64,000 bases of DNA from the human T2T-CHM13v2.0 reference genome, Homo sapiens: the NCBI RefSeq assembly GCF_009914755.1, contig NC_060925.1; one strand, given 5' to 3'. The notes under the pieces are model-generated. The model did not search any database. It saw only the letters and a program-made list of their open reading frames with translations, and was not told the origin of the DNA. Position numbers and translations under genes: made by a program. The number at the start of each line of letters is the position of its first letter. Positions within the stretch are counted from its first letter, which is position 1. Shown piece after piece: positions 34,468-49,912 of the stretch.

Positions 34468-36282
34468 TTTTAATTTTACTTTAAGTTCTGGGATACTTGT
34501 GCAGAACCTGCAGGTTTGTTACATAGGTATACATGTGCCATGGTGGTTTGCTGCACCTGTCAACCCATCATCTAGGTTTTAAGCCCCACACGCATTAGGT
34601 ATTTGTCCTAATGCTCTCCCTCCCCTTGCCCCCCACCCCCCGACAGGCCCCAGTGTGTGATATTCCCCTTGCTGTGTCCATGTGTTCTCATTGTTCTGAA
34701 TGAGAACATGCAGTGTTTGGTTTTCTGTTCCTGTGTTAGTTTGATGAGAATGATGACTTCCAGCTTCATCCATGTCCCTGCAAAGGACATGAACTCATTC
34801 TTTTTTATGACTGTATAGTATTCCATGGTGTATATCAGTTACATTTTCTTTATCCAGTCTATCATTGATGAGCATTTGGGTTGGCTCCAAGCCTTTGCTA
34901 TTGTAAATAGTGCTACAGTAAACATACATGTGCATGTGTCTTTATAGTAGAATGATTTATAATCCTTCAGGTATATACCCAGTAATGGGGTTGCTGGGTC
35001 AAATGGTATTTCTGGTTCTAGATCATTGAGGAATCGCCACACTGTCTTCCACAATGGTTGAACTAATTTACAGTCCCACCAATAGTGTAAAAGTGTTTCT
35101 ATTTCTCCACATCCTCTCCAGCATCTGTTGTTTCCTGACTTTTTAATAATCGCCATTCTAACTGGCATGAGATGGTATCTCATTGTGGTTTTGATGTGCA
35201 TTTCTCTAATGACCAGCAATGATGAGCTTTTATTCATATGTTTGTTGGTGGCATAAATGACTTCTTTTGAGAAGTGTCTGTTCATATCCTTCGCCCACTT
35301 TTTGATGGGGTTGTTTGTTTTTTTCTTGTAAATTTGTTTAAGTTCTTTGTAGATTCTGGATATTAGACCTTTGTCAGATGGGTAGCTTGCAAAAATTTTC
35401 TCCCATTCTGTAGGTTGCCTATTTACTCTGATGATAGTTTATTTTGTTGTGCAGAAGATCTTTAGTTTGATTAGATCCCATTTGTCAATTTTGGCTTTTG
35501 TTGCAATTGCTTTCGGTATTTTAGTCATGAAGTCTTTGCCCATCCCGATGTCCTGAATGGTATTACCTAGGTTTTCTTCTAGGATTTTTATGGTTTTGAG
35601 CTTTACATTTAAGTCTTTAATCCATCTTGAATTATTTTTTGTAAAAGGTATAAGGAAGAGATCCAATTTCAGTTTTCTGCATATGGCTAGCCAGTTTTCC
35701 CAGTACTATTTATTAAATAGGGAATCCTTTACCCATTGCTTGTTTTTGTCAGATTTGTCAAAGATCAGATAGTTGTAGATGTGTGGTGTTATTTCTGAGG
35801 TCTCTGTTCTCTTTCCCTTGGTCTATATCTCTGTTTTGGTGCCAGTACCATGCTGTTTTGGTTACTGTAGCCTTGTAGTATAATTTGAAGTCAGGTAGCA
35901 TGATGCCTCCAGCTTTGTTCTTTTTGCATAGGACTGTCTTGGCTATATGGGCTCTTTTTTGGTTCCATATGAAATTTAAAGTAGTTTTTTTCTAATTCTG
36001 CGAAGAAAGTCACTGGTAGCCTGATGGGAATAGCATCGAATCTATAAATTACGTTGGGCAGTATGGCCATTTTCACAATATTGATTCTTCCTATCCATGA
36101 GCATGGGAAGTTTTTCCATTTGTTTGTGTCCTCTCTTATTTCCTTGAGCAGTGGTTTGTTGTTCTCCTTGAAGAGGTTCTTCACATCTGTTATAAGTTTT
36201 ATTCCTAGATATTTTATTCTCTTTGTAGCAATTGTGAATGGTAGTTCACTCATGATTTGGCTCTCTGCTTGTCTATTGTTGG
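34468..36282 (-). mobile_element. 5'-truncated L1PA7/8-like element inserted into an L2
   Basis: Antisense ORF2 C-terminal fragments and 3'UTR; TSD gga(c/t)cacctta(c/t)ttt; L2 sequence on both flanks (~34150-34460, ~36290-36560). Confidence 0.92.
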
Positions 36283-37925
36283 GGATCACCTTATTTTAAA
36301 AGGAAAAAAAAAGTCAGTCTTCTTTTCACACTCTTCATTCCCAAATCCTGCTCTAGTTGTTTTGTTTTTATTTCTCCAGAGCATTTATCCCCTTTTACAG
36401 ACCACATAATATAATTTTATATTACGTTTATTATTCATTGTGTTTTTCTTATGCTAGAATATAAGCTTTATGGAAAGAGAGATTTTTGTTTTTTTTGTTT
36501 TCTTCGCTGATTTTTCCCAAGTTTCTAGAACAGTATATGGCACATAAATATTCATGGAATAAATCAAAGAGTTTCCAGTTCTGGGTGTAGGATCAAATGT
36601 ATTTGAAATAATATTTTGTAGTTTTTATTTTTTTATTTCTCAAAATAAAAAATTGGATTTTTAAAAAGGAAGCAAAGAACAGGACTTTCATTTCTGTCAA
36701 TATAATAGACTGGAAAAATTCAAACTATAGAAGGTTTACAAGTACTGGTAAAAAATAACAAACATAATTTTAAACGCATAGTTAATCTACAAAACGGCAA
36801 AGGAAAGCCCCAAGAAACAATAAAAAATGAGCAGGAAAGCCACAGTGAAAGATAATAAGAGCATGGGGTTATCTTACTTGCCCAGGTCTTGGCTTCAGGG
36901 GCAAGAGACAAGACCTTGCGTGGAGTGGGAACTGAGACCTAACTGCCTGCATACACAGACACACATACACACACACACACACAAAGCCAAGACCATCAGA
37001 GTGCTACATCGTCACTGAAATAGTATGGAAACATAACAGTATAAGTCATGCTTTTTTTAAAATTTAGCCTTGGTTAGAAAAATAAGCCCAAGTAAAAACT
37101 AGATGCCTCAATTAACAATTGTTAATGAAGAAACATTTCTAAAAGGGAGGGTGGGATGTTGTTGACTTCTGTGATTTTAAAAAGTCAAGCAATGATAGCC
37201 ATCACAAAAGTGAAGTAAATATGTACTTCCTACCATAAAAGTTAATATTCCCCCCTCAATCACATGAGATAAATAGAGTAAGTTTCTATTCCTTAAAACC
37301 AACGGAGCCCAGAAATAGAGGAAATATTCAAAAAAACAAAACAAAAATCTGCATTGATAGGGTTTATCAAAGGGATAAGCCAACAAAAAGATCTCCCACT
37401 GTCCAAAACTAAGTGATGAAATAAAGTACTATTTAATTATAATCCAACATATAAGATAAATATCCATGGTCAGTATTGATATAAATATATGATTGAATAA
37501 ACAAATGGAGAGAAGAGACAAATATCCAGTACAGAGCTCCAAATAATTTATGTACACACTTAATCTCCAAGGAGGGTCAGTTAGCAAGGAGGGGAAACTC
37601 TCACTCCTTAGGTGTGAGCTGCACACATGGACATTCTTCCAAGAAGTGCAGAAGTAAGGAAAAGAGGGGCGGGAAGAGGAACTTTAGAGTAGAGAGACCT
37701 GACAAATATCATCCAAACCAGGTGGTCAGGGTCAACATCAACAGTCACAAACCATGCTGATAGGTTGTTCTTTTGATTTCATGTGATGAAAATGGCACTT
37801 TACCTCTGTATCTTCCTACTAGAAACCCTTACCCAAGTCTAATCATAAGAAAAACATAAGGTAAATCCCAATAGGAGGACGTCCTACAACCTACCTGACC
37901 GGTATTCTTTAAAACCACCAAGGTT

Positions 37926-38242
<317 letters not shown>

Positions 38243-38863
38243 CTACATGTAATGTGGTATGCTGAATGTCATTCTGGAACAGAAAAGGGATACTAAGTAA
38301 AAACTAAGGAAATCTTAATAAACTACAGACTTTAATTCATAACATTGTATCAGTTTTGATTCACTCACTGTAACAAATGTACCATACTAAAGTAAAATGT
38401 TCAGGAGAGGTGAAATTGTCAGAAGGAGGGGCTGAGGGGGTATGTGGGAAATCTCTGTACTAAGTTCTCAATTTTTGTGTAAATCTAAAACTGTTCTAAA
38501 ACATAAAATCTATTATAAAAATAGTGTGAATAAAAATAAATGGAGCTTAACAATCAATATCATTATTTTATTACATTTATTGAACTGGGAAAAATTTTAC
38601 CTTGAGATTCAACGATAATTTATGGGAGCATGTTAAATGATGTCATGGAGATCCAATCAGTAAAATGACCCAGTTTTCTCCATAAATTTCAAGGAAAATA
38701 AGTGACAAATGGGGAGTAAATTAAAGGTGATTTAGGAGACATATAAACCTATGAAATGTGAGGACCTTTTTTGGACCCTGATTTAGAGAAGTAAAATTCC
38801 CTGTCTCACTTTACTCAGTGTCTCACTTGTGCTTCCTGGGTTCTCAGGCCAAATAAACTGTCT

Positions 38864-39181
<318 letters not shown>

Positions 39182-40319
39182 AAATAAACTGTCTGTACCC
39201 AAGCCCATGTCTCAGGGCCTACTTTTGTAGAAACTCAAAGAAGGACATTCATCATTAAGAAATTGGTTAAATAAATTATGGCATAACATATAATAACTTA
39301 CTATACAGTAATTTTAAATAGTGAATTAGATCTACATGTGTTGACATGGAAAGATCTCAAGACACTTTCTAAAACGATTCTTTTCTATAAATGAATTAAA
39401 ATAATACATGCATATGCACTAGTATGTAAATAATCATTTTTCTAGAAGTTTACTTCGAAAATTAACAGTGATTACTTCTGAGCAGTGGAAATTCTCTACA
39501 CCAAATGTATTGTGCTGGCAAGCTGGCTCACTGATTTAAAAAAAAGAAAAGGTCCTGATTTATAGCATTTACTGATTTCCATGGTGTAAGTGCTCTATAC
39601 CACTATGTCTAATTTCAACCCACAGATGATTTAACAGGCTCCTAATAATTACTGAATAACAATTCATTCTTGTGAGCCCATATGGGTCACCTTCAATACA
39701 CTACTGGGTGAAAATGTGCATTAATATTATAATTTCGTATGCTAGTTGAGTTTATTTGAATTATACTTTTAAATAGATTATACTTAAAAATAAAAGAAGA
39801 AAACTGTTGAACACATGCTAAGATTTCCATTTCTAGTTCTTGGTTACACATAGCCTTGGAAATAAGCCCAGGCCCATATTCCCCGGCCACAAAGGAAATC
39901 AGTTAGCAGAGATTAAGATAAAGAAAATGTGCCTTACTATTCTCTTCCTTTCTGAGCTTTCGTTAGAACCCATGTCTATGAACCAAAATAAAAGGAGAAG
40001 AAGAAAGGTCATCATGCAAGGGAGGTTCTTATGGGTATTTCCTTGTGCTCTTCAGTTTATTAAGAAGGTGAGATCATAAACAGGAAGAGAAATGAAGAGC
40101 ACTGGGAGAGGTAGACAGGGACATTACAATTTATACGTGCATTTTTGTGACCCCAATCATTTTTGAAAACTATCTCAGAGCCATTTTCTTTTAAAATGGC
40201 TACTACTGCCAGATAATAAATCAGGTAATTCTTGAATTTGCCCTAACCCTCTTATAATCATCAAAAGCCTGTCTTCCTCCTGATTACAAAAAGATTCAGT
40301 AGGAAAGAGCATTTAATTA

Positions 40320-40480
40320 GAAATCAAGAAACCTGCATTATCATCCTCACACAGGTACTGTTTTGCTGCAAAAGCCTCAGCAAGTCACTTAACCTCTCTG
40401 AGCCTCTGTTGTCTTCTATAAAACAAGAGCTTTCAATTATAAGGTTTCTGAGGACTTCTTTGGTTTTAAAAATCCTATAA
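40320..40480 (+). mobile_element. MIR3-like SINE downstream of the pseudogene stop position
   Basis: gcaagtcacttaacctctctgagcctctg...ggtttctgaggacttctttggttttaaaaatcctat. Confidence 0.7.
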
Positions 40481-40682
40481 TTTTCTTATTTCTACTGGTC
40501 AAACCCTCTTAATGAAGCTCATTCCTCTCAAGAACTTGCTTAGATCCCCTGAAGTGTTCCTGGATAGAAAGAGAGCAGACAGAGCCAGCGCCTCCGTGTA
40601 GACAGCACTGCTATAGTGCCAGGACCTGAGACAAATAGGAGGGGCATCCCCAGGAGGCAACATGGGGACCTTGCTCTGGACC

Positions 40683-41531
<849 letters not shown>

Positions 41532-42159
41532 TTGTGGGAGAAACAGAACAGTGAAAGTAATTTTCTCTAAGAGCAGAGGCCTCACTCTGTCACTAGGATT
41601 GTTAAGGAGCATAAATCCCTAGCAATAATTGCAAAGATCTTTATGTCACTTTTCAGAGCATAAATGTCTTTCAGCACATTATCTAATCTGATTTCACAAC
41701 AAGCTGTGAGTTATTGGTGTCATAGGAAAGACTGGAGAGGGGAACAGGAGACCTGGATGCAGGCCTGGATTTAATCACTTATCAGCTGGTGACTTACTTG
41801 AGCTACTTGTCCTCAGGCCATGCTTTACCTTCATTTTACAGATGAGGAAACTGAAGCTCAAGGGGCTAAGTGACTTGTTCTTACCCACAGGTGACAATAT
41901 GGGACAGACTGGAAAGAATGAAGACTGAAGCAAGAGCTTCTTTATTATAGAGTACGACATGAAAATAAAAATGATAAAAATAATACACAAAGGCTGCAAT
42001 AGGCAAAGTGGGCAGAAAGTAGGACTACAGAGGTTAAGGAGATGTGAAGTCCATCACTGAAAAATTAGCACAGGTTATTTATCAGAGAAATGATAGCTGT
42101 GTGAATGCCAATCCAAGCAGAATCCATAAAGAGCAGAATAGGGGGTGACTGTGCCTCAC

Positions 42160-42395
42160 CTATGTGACTTCCTCTGAGCCCCAAGTATGACGAATTGCCT
42201 TGAGGCTGCCAAAGAGTCACAGGCCCCCACCTGCCAGTCACAGCCAGTCATCAAGAGTCTTATAAAGGGGGTCATTGAGTTACATCCTATGGTTCCTCTG
42301 GTACCTCAACTAGTTAAGAAGGGCAGAGGCCTAGAAGTGCAGAGTCCAGGAACCTAAGAATGCCTTGTTTCACATAATATCATTTCATTTTTATA
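42160..42395 (-). pseudogene. Putative exon 1 / 5'UTR / TATA remnant of the pentraxin pseudogene
   Basis: Donor AG|GTGAGG at 42160/42159; gccagtcatcaagag ~ CRP gccagtgatacaaggg; cagaggcctagaagtgcaga ~ CRP caggggctagaagtcctaga; TATAAA at 42395-42390; no ATG at the expected place. Confidence 0.55.
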
Positions 42396-43361
42396 CTAAA
42401 TCTACTCTTAAAGGTTTTAAGTCATGCCTCTTAGTTGTGATGAAAGAAGAAAAGGTGATTTTTATGCCCAGGTATCAGCTGCCTATCTAAAGATTTCAAG
42501 CACACTCTTCTCAAGCTTGTTTTTGCATCCTGAATAGTCCTTGCTGTGGTAACCATTTACCTGAAAACTTGTCCTTCGATAGGACCCTTCCCTCTGTTCC
42601 ACCATGCTAACACCAGGGAATGGGCTAAAAGGATAAGGAGGCGCTGAACCCAGAGTCACCATGGCCATGTCCAAAGACTCTGACAGCAGCTGGGATGGAA
42701 GATGAGGTGGAGGTGGGAATAAGCTGGAACACTACTTTGCACCCTCAGGGGGCACCATTTACACCATATTCCTGTACTGGGCAGCCCTCGTGTGAGCCCA
42801 TCTTTCTACTTCCTGCTTTCCAGTTGCTATCTCCCTACCTTGAGTTTTATTCTTTTGATTTTTTAGAGGCAAAATTGCAAGGTAAGGAAAATATATTAAT
42901 GTGCAAATTTTTTTCAAATATAGTCTTTTGGGAAGTGTAGTGGGTGAGACTCAGATTTACACTAAGGAATGGCAACGTTTGCCATTGAAGACCCTATCCC
43001 AGCCTCCATGATGCACAAGTAATCATCATGACATGATTTGGTGCTGACTCAGGGAAGGAAGAACCATTGATCCTAACATCTCTCTGCATCACCTGAGTAT
43101 TGATTCCTGTGTACAACTTGCATTGTACTGGGTTAGTCTCTCCCCATTAACATTTACAGAATGTGATTTATGTACCTCAGAGAGTCTGATCCATCTTACT
43201 TTATACGACTAAGTCAAAAGAAAAGTTCAGAGGCTATTCTTAGCATTTAAAAAAGTAAAAGACAGCTGTTCCACATATGCACCATCCCAGTCAAATGACA
43301 ATATACAGAGTACACATAGACTGAGGGGATGATAAGCACACGCATAGTCAGGGTGAGCTCA

Positions 43362-43733
<372 letters not shown>

Positions 43734-43739
43734 TCACCT

Positions 43740-44240
43740 GTAGTGTCAGAGATCCAAATACAGTGGCTTAAGCAGAACTAGGGGGGCTCATCTTCTTCCA
43801 TAAAAGAAATCAAGATAGAAGGCCCAGGAAGTGGTTTTGTTGCCCCATAAAGTTATCAAGATCTCAGATCCCCTCCAACTTATGGACCAACCATTCTTAT
43901 TAAGTGGCTTCCATTCTCAAAGTCACAAGATGAATGATGAAATCTCACCAACCTAACTGTTTTCAAAACTAAAGGGGCCGGTAGGGGAGGGAAAATGGAA
44001 AGACTAAGGTCAAAAGATTAGACCCCAGAATTTTGTCTCACTTCAAGGAACACCCTCAGAAATCCCACCCAAACCCGTCTGTTTAAATCTCATTAGCTAG
44101 AACTTAATCATATAACAAAATGTTATAAGAATGCAAGGGAGGCTAGGAAATGTTGTCTCTTAGCTGTGCATAAAGTACAACCAGGGTTTATTTCTAGGAA
44201 GAATAGAAAAACAGATATTGAGTGGCCAAAGAGTGGGTGA
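43740..44240 (-). mobile_element. Ancient MLT1 LTR
   Basis: ccaaatacagtggcttaagc...ctcattagctagaacttaatcatat...gcaagggaggctaggaaatgt. Confidence 0.65.
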
Positions 44241-45289
44241 TGTCATAGCATTGTATAATCTGTGTGAAGTCAATGCAGTGGGCCATGTGATCTCAGCTGA
44301 GCTCAGTGCAAAGTGGATATGAAATCACTAAGATGGTGAAGGGTGTGAGCTTAGCAGAAGAGAAATGTACAGAGCCAACTGTGAGAGTGACAATGTGGTG
44401 TGTGATGTATAACCTATGGGGGCTCAATGGGAAGGTGAGGCTGTGCACAGTCAGTCTGGGTTCCTGGGATCATTCAAGTGTAAAGCAGAGTCATGCAGGG
44501 TCAATGAGATCGTGAAAAGTGTGCACAACCAGTATGGTCTGAATGAGTCGGTGAGGGGTGTGCACAGCTGGTGTGAATTCAGAGGGCAAATTAGGTCTGC
44601 TTGGCCTGTAGAAATGCACGTTCATTAAAGCCTTTATTTCTCTTGCAGCTCTTTGAGAGCATCCTTTCATAATAACTACTCAGTAAGATCAGGGAAACTT
44701 GGAAATATCCTGTGGTCATATAGAGAGGCCATGCCCACCCCTCCATCTAGATAAGTGGTTTGTAATTAGGGCCTGCCTTCATGGGGCAGATGATACAGGT
44801 ACAGATACAAGTATAGGTGGTTCCTCTTGTCAGTTCCAACCAGGCGCCACTTTGCTGCTGTCCTTCTATGGCCAAGTTTCCTCCGGTTAGCAGGCTTCAT
44901 ACATCACAACAGGCAGGTTTATACACCTTAACCCAAAGCCAGTACTGCTAACAAATTACCTTGACATGTTGATTGCTTGCCTTAACTCACCCTGGAGGCC
45001 TCCAGAGGCCTTCTTCACATCACCACAAACACTTCCAATTAGTGCATTGGTTTATCAGGAACTCTTTTCTTGGTGCTCTATTCTGCTCTCCATGACCTTG
45101 GTTGCCTGAGTGATACATCCTTTAATTTGTTCCTACATCTTGCTTGGATTTTCCCCTGCTCATCTCTGTCTCTGCTTATACAGGATGTGTTTTATTGCCA
45201 CACAGACTTAGCTGGTAGCCTCTGTGGCATCATCCAACACTGATGTCCCTCAGTCAACTCTAGAACACCCATAGGTGGCCTCTGTAAGA

Positions 45290-45510
45290 GACGTTTCCAG
45301 GAACAGAATGCCAAACATACTGTTTATCAGAGTTCTTGAGTTGCACAATGGGAGGAAATTGTTGCTTAGGATTTCAAAGGACACCAGAGAATTTCAACAC
45401 ACACCTGGAATGGTGCCCTGTTGCTTGTCCAGTCAATGCCAAGTTAATGATGGGAAGGAATAGCTGGTGTGTCACGTGATTGCCAAGCACTGTCGCAAAT
45501 CCTTCCTGAG
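45290..45510. promoter_or_regulatory. Candidate hepatocyte acute-phase enhancer (STAT3/C-EBP/USF/FOXA/HNF1/NFI cluster), ~37.7 kb upstream of the CRP TSS
   Basis: TTCCAGGAA 45295-45303, TGTTTAT 45321-45327, TTGCACAAT 45341-45349, GTTAATGAT 45443-45451, GTCACGTGAT 45471-45480, TGTCGCAAAT 45491-45500, TGCCAA x3. Confidence 0.7.
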
Positions 45511-47826
45511 GTCAACACTCCCAACCCCGCCAAACTCTACAGCTCACAAATCAGCTGCAAGTGGAGCATAAAAAATGCAACATTGTGGAATTAACTACTT
45601 ATGGGCCACACCTGAAATTGCCTGATTTTGGTTAAAGAAGTGGTTACAACACGCCCTTAAAATCATCATGAGCTTCTAAGAGATGACAATGACTCATAGA
45701 TTTATCTGTCATGATCAGTTAAAATTCTAGACATAAACTCAACCTGAATTCTTAAGATCAATGGTTCGAAAGAACTGACATTTGAGAATCCATCCCATTT
45801 TACTTTGTAGATGCATTGATACATTTGTGGAAAATGACAAGAAATTAATCTTGAGCTCCTTTGCCCAAGAGGTTACCCATAGTTGTATACTCTCAACATA
45901 CCTGCAAGACAACATGCCAGAGCTATGCCAGGATCTGATATTATTGAGTCTGGTTTTCCCAAATGAAGATCTTGATTTGGATTAGTTATCTTGAATGTGG
46001 AAATTCTCCTTCCTTTAATAATATCCTATTGAAGTAAGTTAGGATTTCACACAGGTAAAGTTACTACAGCTTTAGTAACTTTACCTACCACAATTTTAGT
46101 AACTTTACCTGTGTGAAAAACTGACTTTTGTTCACTTTTGGAATAAAGAAGGAGCAGCAGAAATTATTACCCATGAATCCTATATAAAAGATCCTGTGTC
46201 ACAGAAATGTGTCTGGTCTTCTTCGGAAAGGTAGACCGACCCCAATTTCAGGACACCGCAGGAATTCAATATAAATTTGAAACTCTATGTTACAATTTAC
46301 AGAGGTGTAGCTAACTCAACAACTGGAAAGAATAACAATTACTGCCTCTTGTTTACAAAATTTTTTTCTGTTCAAGACTTCTTTGAACTCTTATTACATA
46401 AAGTCAACTCCATGATCAGAAAGGCCATGAGAATTGTGCCAAATGCTAGATGAAGATGTGACTTTCTCAACCCCTTCACCAGTCCTCTTGTTTACCTGGT
46501 TGCCCAATGAGATCGAGTCTCTCTATTGGATCAAGACTGGTGTTGACAAAGAGTCCCAGAGCCAAGGTGGGAAGCCAGGTAGAAAAATACAACAAGTCTA
46601 AGAATTACAGGCAGGACTGGGAACGGGAAAAGTCAAAAAGGCTCCGAGCCAAATGAGAAGTCAGAAATCACATGCATATCAGGAGTCCAGGTTAAGTGTG
46701 TAGGTTAAAAATCAAGCCAGCAGTTAGAAACCAGGAAACCCACAGGCACCAGGGAGCAATGCAAGTCCAAGGGTCAGAAAACAAGTAAAAGGCCAAGACA
46801 GCCAATTAAAAAGCACCATCATGATGAACTTCACGAAAGTCCCTGCTGTTTCAGGGAAGAAGGCTCTTCCTTCATTTCTGTGGGAGATGTGACCATGCGA
46901 GGTTGTGCAGGTAGAAGCCGGGGATCCATGTTAAAAGAGTGGAGTCAAATGAGAGAGGCGCTGTGTCTGGAATCATGCTGAAAGACGCATCATGATACCT
47001 CTACACAGTGCAGTAATTAGCCACCTATGTCACATCAGGATTTCAGGGCTCACTGGCCAAGAACAGCCACATCCCTGTCAGTACCATTTTTCCACCTCCT
47101 GGCACCCTTTCCCTTCTGGTTCCCAAACCCAAAAAAATTCATACTGCCCAACGGTGATCCAAATCCTTCCTGGGAGGCACAGTGCTCAGACTTTCCCATT
47201 TCCTAAAGCCTTCCAAGTGAAACAAAGAAAAAAATAATGCTTTTTTTTTTCAATTTGGACAGCATATCACAGATGCTAAGAGGAAGCAAGTGTATCAAAC
47301 TCTGAATTTAAATGATAAATATCCTTAGCTATTGTAAAGGTATTTGAATTTGAAGGAAAGAACTAATTAATACAAAAGTGCCTCTAGAACTCTGCGCCAG
47401 CGTGTTGGAGGAATAAGGGTTAAAAACAAAACATCTCTCTTTAAAAAAAAAAATTACTTAAGCATACAACTTGAATTATAGTTGTAAAAAAAATGTTGGT
47501 TTTCCTTCATGTTGAAACGTACTTATTAATCAAGACTTCTAAAGACTCTGTTTAAAGGTGATAACTGATTCATCTCCCTTATCTCCCTTTTTAATCAGGT
47601 GTAGTTCTAGGAATAAATGCAGACAATTTGAATTTTAATGACTTCCAACAAGTGATATTTGACCACATAAAAAATTCAAATATTTCTGTTTTCTAGGACA
47701 AAAGATAAATTATTGCAGAGGCCACGCTGCACAACAAAAACAGCACGGGCTCAAAATTGTCTTGGCAAGTCCCTCCTCATCACTGGTCCCAGTATCCTCA
47801 CAGAGATAAAAATACAGACTTTGCAG

Positions 47827-48390
<564 letters not shown>

Positions 48391-49878
48391 GACTTTGCAG
48401 AGTTCTTGCGAAGATGAAAAATTATGCATGATAAGTATCTAGCACACTGTAGCACATCATAGGTGTTCAATGAATAGTAGCAACTGTTACTTTTATTCCA
48501 CTTACCTAACAAATGCCCAATCACTTTATGTTGTAAACACACTTCTATCTAATCAAAAGAGAGAGTAAAGCAGGAAGAGCATCTAGGTGCAGTGGCAGAA
48601 ATTCCAGTGTAAGAGTAGAAAACTGGGTAATGATCCCATTTTCATCGCCAGTTAGTTGTGTGTCTTTGCAAGTCACCTAACTTCACTCAACCTCAGCTTC
48701 CTCATTTGAAAAAAAAATGAAAGATTTGAACATATAACTTTAGTCACTCCCAGATGTGAGGGTCTCTGCCACTGATTACCTTCCCTAGCAGAGAGAAGAC
48801 TGGTAAAAGATTGTCCCTGTGTGGGGACAGCCTATCCCTAGATGATCAGATGTTTGCCCAACGCAGCTCTGAACTCACCCTTACACCTACAGTTCCCAAT
48901 CCTGCCTCTCATCTTTGGACCTTGCTCAAGAGCACAAATGAATTTCTACTCCTAAGACCAGACATAAACACTAATCACTAATACATGCTCATCCAAAGAT
49001 CTAGGATAATTTGCTTTAGTTACCTGTGCCTCAGTTTTCTCCTCCGTAAAAGTAGGAGAGCAATATTCACCTCAATGAATTTTTATGAAGATTAGATAAG
49101 ACATGTTTGTGAAAGTAAGTTATCGCCTGTACAGCATTGTACAACACTAACATAGCAACTATGATTATTGTTGATTTACACTGTTGGAAACACTCTATGG
49201 AAAACAGAAGAGAAGTTGCATTGAGTCGGGACACCATGGTTCATCCGTCTGAGCTCCTGCCTTCTGTGGGTTTTCTAAGCATAGAAGAATCAGGCAGAAT
49301 GGCATTGAATTCTGCTGTAATCAGATATTGATTTTCTTCCTAACTGAGAAAGGAGGATTATTTAAACTTTCATTTATAGGAAACTGTCAGGAACCTGTTT
49401 AAATGGCCCAAGTAAGTTTTCACCTCTTTAGCAATATCCTACCCATGTGATCAGAGGTTTCCCTATTTCAAGAGGTAATTGCAGAATTTCAGGAAAGCCA
49501 CCTATTACTAATTGTAACAAATCCATCAATCTCTACAAAGAACAACAGACCTGTCCCTCCAGAGCCCCACTCTTAGGCTTTGCTGGGCTTACTGCTCCAT
49601 GGATCACCAGGCTCCTGTGGTCACAAGGAGGCTGTAAGAAATGCAAGGCCATCTAAGAGGAAGTTGAGCATGCTGCTGTGTTCCTCAGGGATGTCCTGAA
49701 ATGCCCCCTGTTTGCAGTGTTGTGAAATGTTGTAGATTCTCTTCCAGAATTTTCTCCTCCATACCAAAGTCTAAAAACTATTTGTTGATAAAGGTTTTAG
49801 GCAATTACTTCAGAACATAGCTCCATGTGTTGGGTTTTCTGAGCAGTCAGCTATGTAGAAGCTTCAGTTAGCATTCTT

Positions 49879-49912
<34 letters not shown>

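Noticed and set aside
44260-44600. CRISPR-like repeat-spacer array
   Set aside because: Mammalian DNA, degenerate repeats without constant repeat/unique spacer structure, no cas genes
45780-46030. Faint Gypsy/sushi gag-like words on the minus strand (LIQIKIFI..ACCLAG..QLWV)
   Set aside because: Too short and frameshifted to support by eye; needs a profile search
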